From assembly GCA_048013815.1 (NCBI GenBank), contig CM106585.1:22444001-22508000 (forward strand): a DNA stretch of 64,000 nt, in the 5' to 3' direction. Source of the stretch: Setoptus koraiensis (lineage: Eukaryota > Animalia > Arthropoda). Below are positions 59,200-64,000 of this stretch, piece after piece (position 1 is the stretch's first letter; the number at the start of each line of letters is the position of its first letter). The notes beneath the pieces were generated by a model, which searched no databases, was not told the DNA's origin, and saw only the letters and a program-made list of their open reading frames with translations. The position numbers and the translations under genes are program-made.

Positions 59200-60319
59200 A
59201 TGCATTCTCGACAACACCAACGGCGTCAATCTTTTCGTAACAGTGAAATTGTGATATTAATAAATCTAGTGATAGCTATAATGATAATTAGCGACACCCT
59301 TACAATGTCTAACACATTGTCAATCACTAGTGGCGGCAGTCAAGTCATCGGCAACAACTCAATTGGCAATATTGTTAATGCATCAACTACAACAGTATCA
59401 CACAACCTCAATACCAGCCACACTAATTCAAATATCAACAAGACAACAGCAACAACGACAACAATTACCCACAATGATGCTGATGTTTTCATTAGTGTCA
59501 AAACAACAAAAAGATTTCACAAGAAACGATTGAATATTGTCCTAGCCACTTGGTTTAAACACGCCATAGATAATACATATTTTTTCACTGATGCCAATGA
59601 TGATTATTACATAAGACATACAAATAATCACATGATTAACACGGGTTGTGCATCAACGCATAGTCGCAGTGCATTGTCTTGTAAAATGGGCTACGAATTT
59701 AGTTATTTCATAAACAACAGCAGTAAGAGTTGGTTTTGTCATTTTGACGATGACAATTATGTTAATGTTAAACAATTATACAAATTACTTGTTGATTACG
59801 ACCCAACACAAGACTTGTATCTTGGTAAGCCGAGTATTAGAGCACCATTGGAGCTTAAATTAGACGCATGGCCCGATCAAGTCGATCAACAGCAACAACA
59901 ACAACAGGCCAGATTCAGGTTTGCCACTGGTGGGGCCGGCTTCTGCCTGTCACGATCTCTGGCTAACAAGATGATTCCGTACGCAAGGTGAGCTAATTAG
60001 ATCTAATCTCATTCATTTGGTAATTTATTAAATCTCATTTTTTGTTGTGACAACGAGTGAAAATTAAACACAATCCACATTATAATGTTGACTAATTGTT
60101 GATCACTATCAATGTGTACTCTACTATCAATATCTTCCCCTATCCGTACACAGCAATGGTCAATTTGAGGCAATAAGCGAACGCATAAGGCTACCCGACG
60201 ACGTTACTATTGGTTACATAATTGAGCATTTACTCAAAACCAATTTGACCATCATAGATCGATTCCATTCACATTTGGAGCCATTGAAATTCCTAAAGAA
60301 GCACACATTGCCACAACAG
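59200..60319 (+). CDS. fng: Fringe-type beta-1,3-N-acetylglucosaminyltransferase, exons 1-2 (last exon not located)
   Basis: join(59200-59987,60154-60319). Type II TM segment; DVFISVKTTKRFH, TYFFTD, NTGCASTHSRSALSCKM, WFCHFDDDNYVN, YLGKPS, FATGGAGFCLSR, RLPDDVTIGYIIE, FHSHLE; ends at the donor cag|gtgagt. Confidence 0.9.
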
Positions 60320-60454
60320 GTGAGTTTAGTAAACCAATTAGCATAACATATACATAGATATATATTTATATATATATAAGATGGCTCATATATGTCTGGT
60401 CACTGCAGATCTGTTGTTCATGATCACTTGTTTGCTTACTGCTGGAGATTAACG

Positions 60455-60500
60455 AGAAAGGGAGAGAGACAGAGACAGACAGGGAGAGAGAGACAGAGAG
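60455..60500. repeat. (GA)n-type microsatellite in fringe intron
   Basis: gagagagacagagacagacagggagagagagacagagag. Confidence 0.8.
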
Positions 60501-63074
60501 TTTTTTTTTCGTATAGTCGATTGAACAGTCAGCAGATTGTACAAATTATACGGGATAATCGAAGCTATTGAAATAATCTCTGAACGCAACAACAGCGATT
60601 TGCGTCACCAGTTGCCATTCATTGCAACGAACACGATTCGTGTTTGCATATTCTAACATCGACCATATCATGAGCACAGCATGTTACCCTCACGAGAAGA
60701 GATTGTCTATAGATACGTTACAGTATCGAACAGTATTCGAATTAGCATAGATTAATTTCGCGTCGGGTGTCCATCAGAGGCCAACTCAATTCAAAACTCG
60801 AATCAGAACTCAATTCAAATCAGCGAACAAAATGGTCATATGGCGAGCCATTTCGGCTCGCTGATTTATACTGGCACCTATCAGACTAATCAATAAAAAT
60901 ACCAACCTAACACAGGTGACTGGCTGCCACGGTTGGTATGCTAGTCTTTTTCGTGCTCAGCACCAGACCGAACTCATCAGGTGGTTGCATCATTTGTAAC
61001 GGTCACTCATTGTTGGCTGTGAAGAATGTGTATGCGCCAACCTATTGATTCTACTATGTGTAGCTGCTACAAAAGCAGCCACAAATACAATGATACTGGT
61101 ACTCGCTGTTACTCTAATTTGCTGCTCACCATAACAACCAACAACGAGATGGAAAAGCATGGAAGCCAACACGTGTGAATTCGCGTGCTTGTAAGTGTTG
61201 CTTTTTTGGCCAAGCATGAATGTTGGAGAAGCCGGATTATTATTATTGTCGGTTGGTGCGCTCCGATTGTTGTCGCTTCAACAATTGGAGCGGATGGATA
61301 TTACCTGTGCTCATATCGTTGGCTATTGTGAATGCTATACAAACCGATAATTCATGGTGAGTCGGACACGTAAAGTGTCGACGACGATATAAAGTATCGA
61401 AAAGAAGTGGCCCTATAGCAGCTATAGCAGCTCTAGCAGCTATGGCAGAAGAACGAGCAACAGTTTGTTGTGTATACGGCAAATTACAAGTTGCTACTTG
61501 TGGCATCGGTAGTTTGATATGATGTTTAGTATCGTTTTACTGGTTTCGAATTGGCCGAATCGAGTGCTGCGCTGATTTGACTGAGCTCGACTCAATTGCA
61601 ACTCGGATCAAACTGAATCGCAAATGCAAACGGCACAACGAGCCGCATCGGATATTCATCTCTGGTTGTGCCAATTGTGCCAACCGGACCAGACACAGCA
61701 TAGACTGAATGAATCGAGCACACTGATAATAGTTGTTAGTTGGCCGGCTAAATTGTTACTGTTGTTGGGCTTCTCTTTTACTTTTTGAGTTGCTGCGAGA
61801 GAAGGCTAAAAAGAATGGCCAAAAAGAAGCACGAACGAGCCTACCTGATCGATCGCTTTTAGGGATCGCGAATCACTTTGGCGTCGCGTGTGTCACTCGC
61901 TCTCAACATGACTCCAAAATCGTTTGCCACTTACTTACTTTTGGCCAACACTTACTATTATTGTTATTATTATTCAAAGCTGCTGCGAATAATAATAACC
62001 AGTCTATAGTGAGTAGTGCCAATCGCCAATGGTTGCAACCTGACCTGACTTTGATGCTATTACCTGAGCACGTGCTCTCTCTCTCTCTCTCTCTCGCTCT
62101 TTGTGAGTCGTACAAAATTGATGCAAACAACAGCAGCAACAGGTGACTGATGCTGGCAACATGACAGTAGCAGCACAAACTAGCATCAAAATCGCTGCTA
62201 TTCATAATTGATGATACGCTTACCTGGCGCAACCAGGATCTATGCGCTGTAGCAACAATTGGCCTGCTTCTGTGTAGCACTCTCTAGACAGCCTCTCATT
62301 ATTATTATTATTATATCGGCCAGCGTGTTTGTGTCATGCAATATTAATATTATGTAATGCGGCTCACACTTGCGCAACGCCAGCTGCAACCTCCCAATTG
62401 TCGATTGTTGTCGAGTGGACAGGCCGTTGGCGATGGCCAACTATTATGCAACAGCCACCTGGTTTTAAATGACGGGACACACAGTGTTGTAACGCGCAAC
62501 TTTTGTCAGTTTGTCTTACAAACAACACAACAAACAAGCCAATGGCGCTGCTGCTGCGGAGGTTGTTGTTGTTGTTGCTGCTGTTGTTGTGTAAGGCAGT
62601 TATCGACTATTATTGGCAACATAAACAGCCTCGTTGTGCTGGCATCAAGTAGCGAGATTGCGCCATTACCAAATGATGCGGAGATGCTGCGGTCCGATAG
62701 TGGACACAACAACGATAAAAGAAGATAAAGACAACAATTAGTTTGTCTGCCTTTCAATTGATGGCTGTCGATGGTGCTTTGTGGTGCCAATATCGGTCGT
62801 GTTGACTCAAACGACACAGCAAACAACAACAGTCGCCATAGTGTGATTTTAGATCAAATCACATGATTTGTTGAAGTGATAAAAATATAAAATAGTGCCC
62901 AGTTTGCTTGTGGTTCGTTATCGTTGCTTCTTGGCCACAACCTTGCGTCGCACAACAAACTCCAATCTCAATGTTAACCAATGTCAATGTCGGCAATTTA
63001 ATATCGACATTCGATTGAGAGCAAAGCAAAGTCACATCGGCAGCAGCCAGATAAAAGACTCTTTGTGTAGTCGT

Positions 63075-63150
63075 GACGCCGTTGTTGTTGCCGTTGTTGT
63101 TGCTGTTGTTGTTGCTGTTGTTGTTGCCGTTGTTGTTGGTGGTGGTGGCG
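63075..63150. repeat. (GTT/GCT/GCC)n trinucleotide low-complexity repeat
   Basis: gccgttgttgttgccgttgttgttgctgttgttgttgct... Confidence 0.8.
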
Positions 63151-63480
63151 TTGTCATCAGTCATCCGTCGGCAGTTAGCAATCATCAGACACAAACACTA
63201 ATTTAGAATTTATTGTTGAGGTGCGCCAATGGTTGTTTGGCGCAATTGATGTGCTCGTCGTGAAAGAATTGCACATTCCAATTTGAGAAGCGAAATTCTG
63301 GCAGCAAACAAATTAATTCCAGCGCGAAACAACAGCTCTTATCTTGCGACTATCGACCAATCTAATTGCTGCCATCCTCTTCTAGGCCGCTGGCAGTTTT
63401 GGCCTTATTTTATTTTACGCCTCTGACGACATGTCAGTTGTTGTTGTTGTTGTCAACTGTTGGATTATCGGTTGCTTCAG

Positions 63481-63552
63481 TTGGCCAGCCGATATCAATT
63501 GGCCAGCCGATGTCAGCTGGCCAGCCGATGACAGTTGACCAGTGGATGGCCA
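63481..63552. repeat. 18-bp minisatellite, about 4 units
   Basis: ttggccagccgatatcaa / ttggccagccgatgtcag / ctggccagccgatgacag / ttgaccagtggatggcca. Confidence 0.85.
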
Positions 63553-64000
63553 CACCAACAGAATTTGAAATGACACTTGCCGTTTGTTTGTTGTTGGTGT
63601 GCCGGGCCGGGGCCAACAACGGCCAACAACCAAGCGCGGCAACGAAGAGCGACAACAATGCTTGCAATGAGATTATCGACGAATAATTGACGTCGGTTTG
63701 TGTCAACGTGAATCTCATTGTCGCTTTGGGGCACACAAACCGGGCCGCTCTCAACACTTGTTGTTGTTCGGTGATAGAAAAGCCAAAAGAGAAGAGATAA
63801 TGGGATTTGCAGCAATTGTATACTTTGTTCGTATCAAGTGTTGATTTGCAAGTTTTGATCTGTGCCTCATAATCATAACAATACCTGTTTGCTCGGCCGT
63901 CACTAATGCCAGCAATACAATCGATGATAGGATGAAATCAAACTGTCACGGCGAATCGTGCCCCATGGTAATGATTGGACATGGCAATTAGTTGTTTGAA

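Noticed and set aside
60900-63900. Many 60-140-aa ORFs with poly-C/Q/V/N runs
   Set aside because: Products of trinucleotide low-complexity DNA with no domain signal.

Overview
Eukaryotic (animal) genomic DNA: compact, intron-poor (introns about 100-150 nt), with long single-exon genes and polyQ/low-complexity insertions. The architecture most resembles an acariform, possibly eriophyoid, mite genome (inference). Host genes in order: SF3B5, BAP1/calypso, CEPT1-like, CWC25, SARM1, a puromycin-sensitive-aminopeptidase-like M1 peptidase, an unsplit KMT2C/D (trr+Lpt type), RPB10, choline/ethanolamine kinase, a PH-less CNK, SDHAF4, cytoplasmic TyrRS, PRIM1 (cut by a 500-N gap), a HEATR5 pseudogene fragment, a papain-family cathepsin with a truncated tandem paralog, and the first exons of a fringe glycosyltransferase. 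A young, intact Ty3/gypsy LTR retrotransposon occupies 52094-57647. Top finding: the TyrRS is a double-length 703-aa single chain with reciprocal degeneration. The N-half has lost the ATP-binding motifs but keeps the anticodon-binding domain; the C-half has the intact active site but a degenerate anticodon domain. This fits a covalent pseudo-dimer arranged as the mirror image of the trypanosomatid enzyme. Other highlights: an unexplained third ORF of the gypsy element that runs into the 3' LTR; hairpin-built LTRs with non-canonical ends; and an inverted partial CNK duplicate that could be spliced in frame onto RPB10. All gene models and alignments were done by eye, without database searches.
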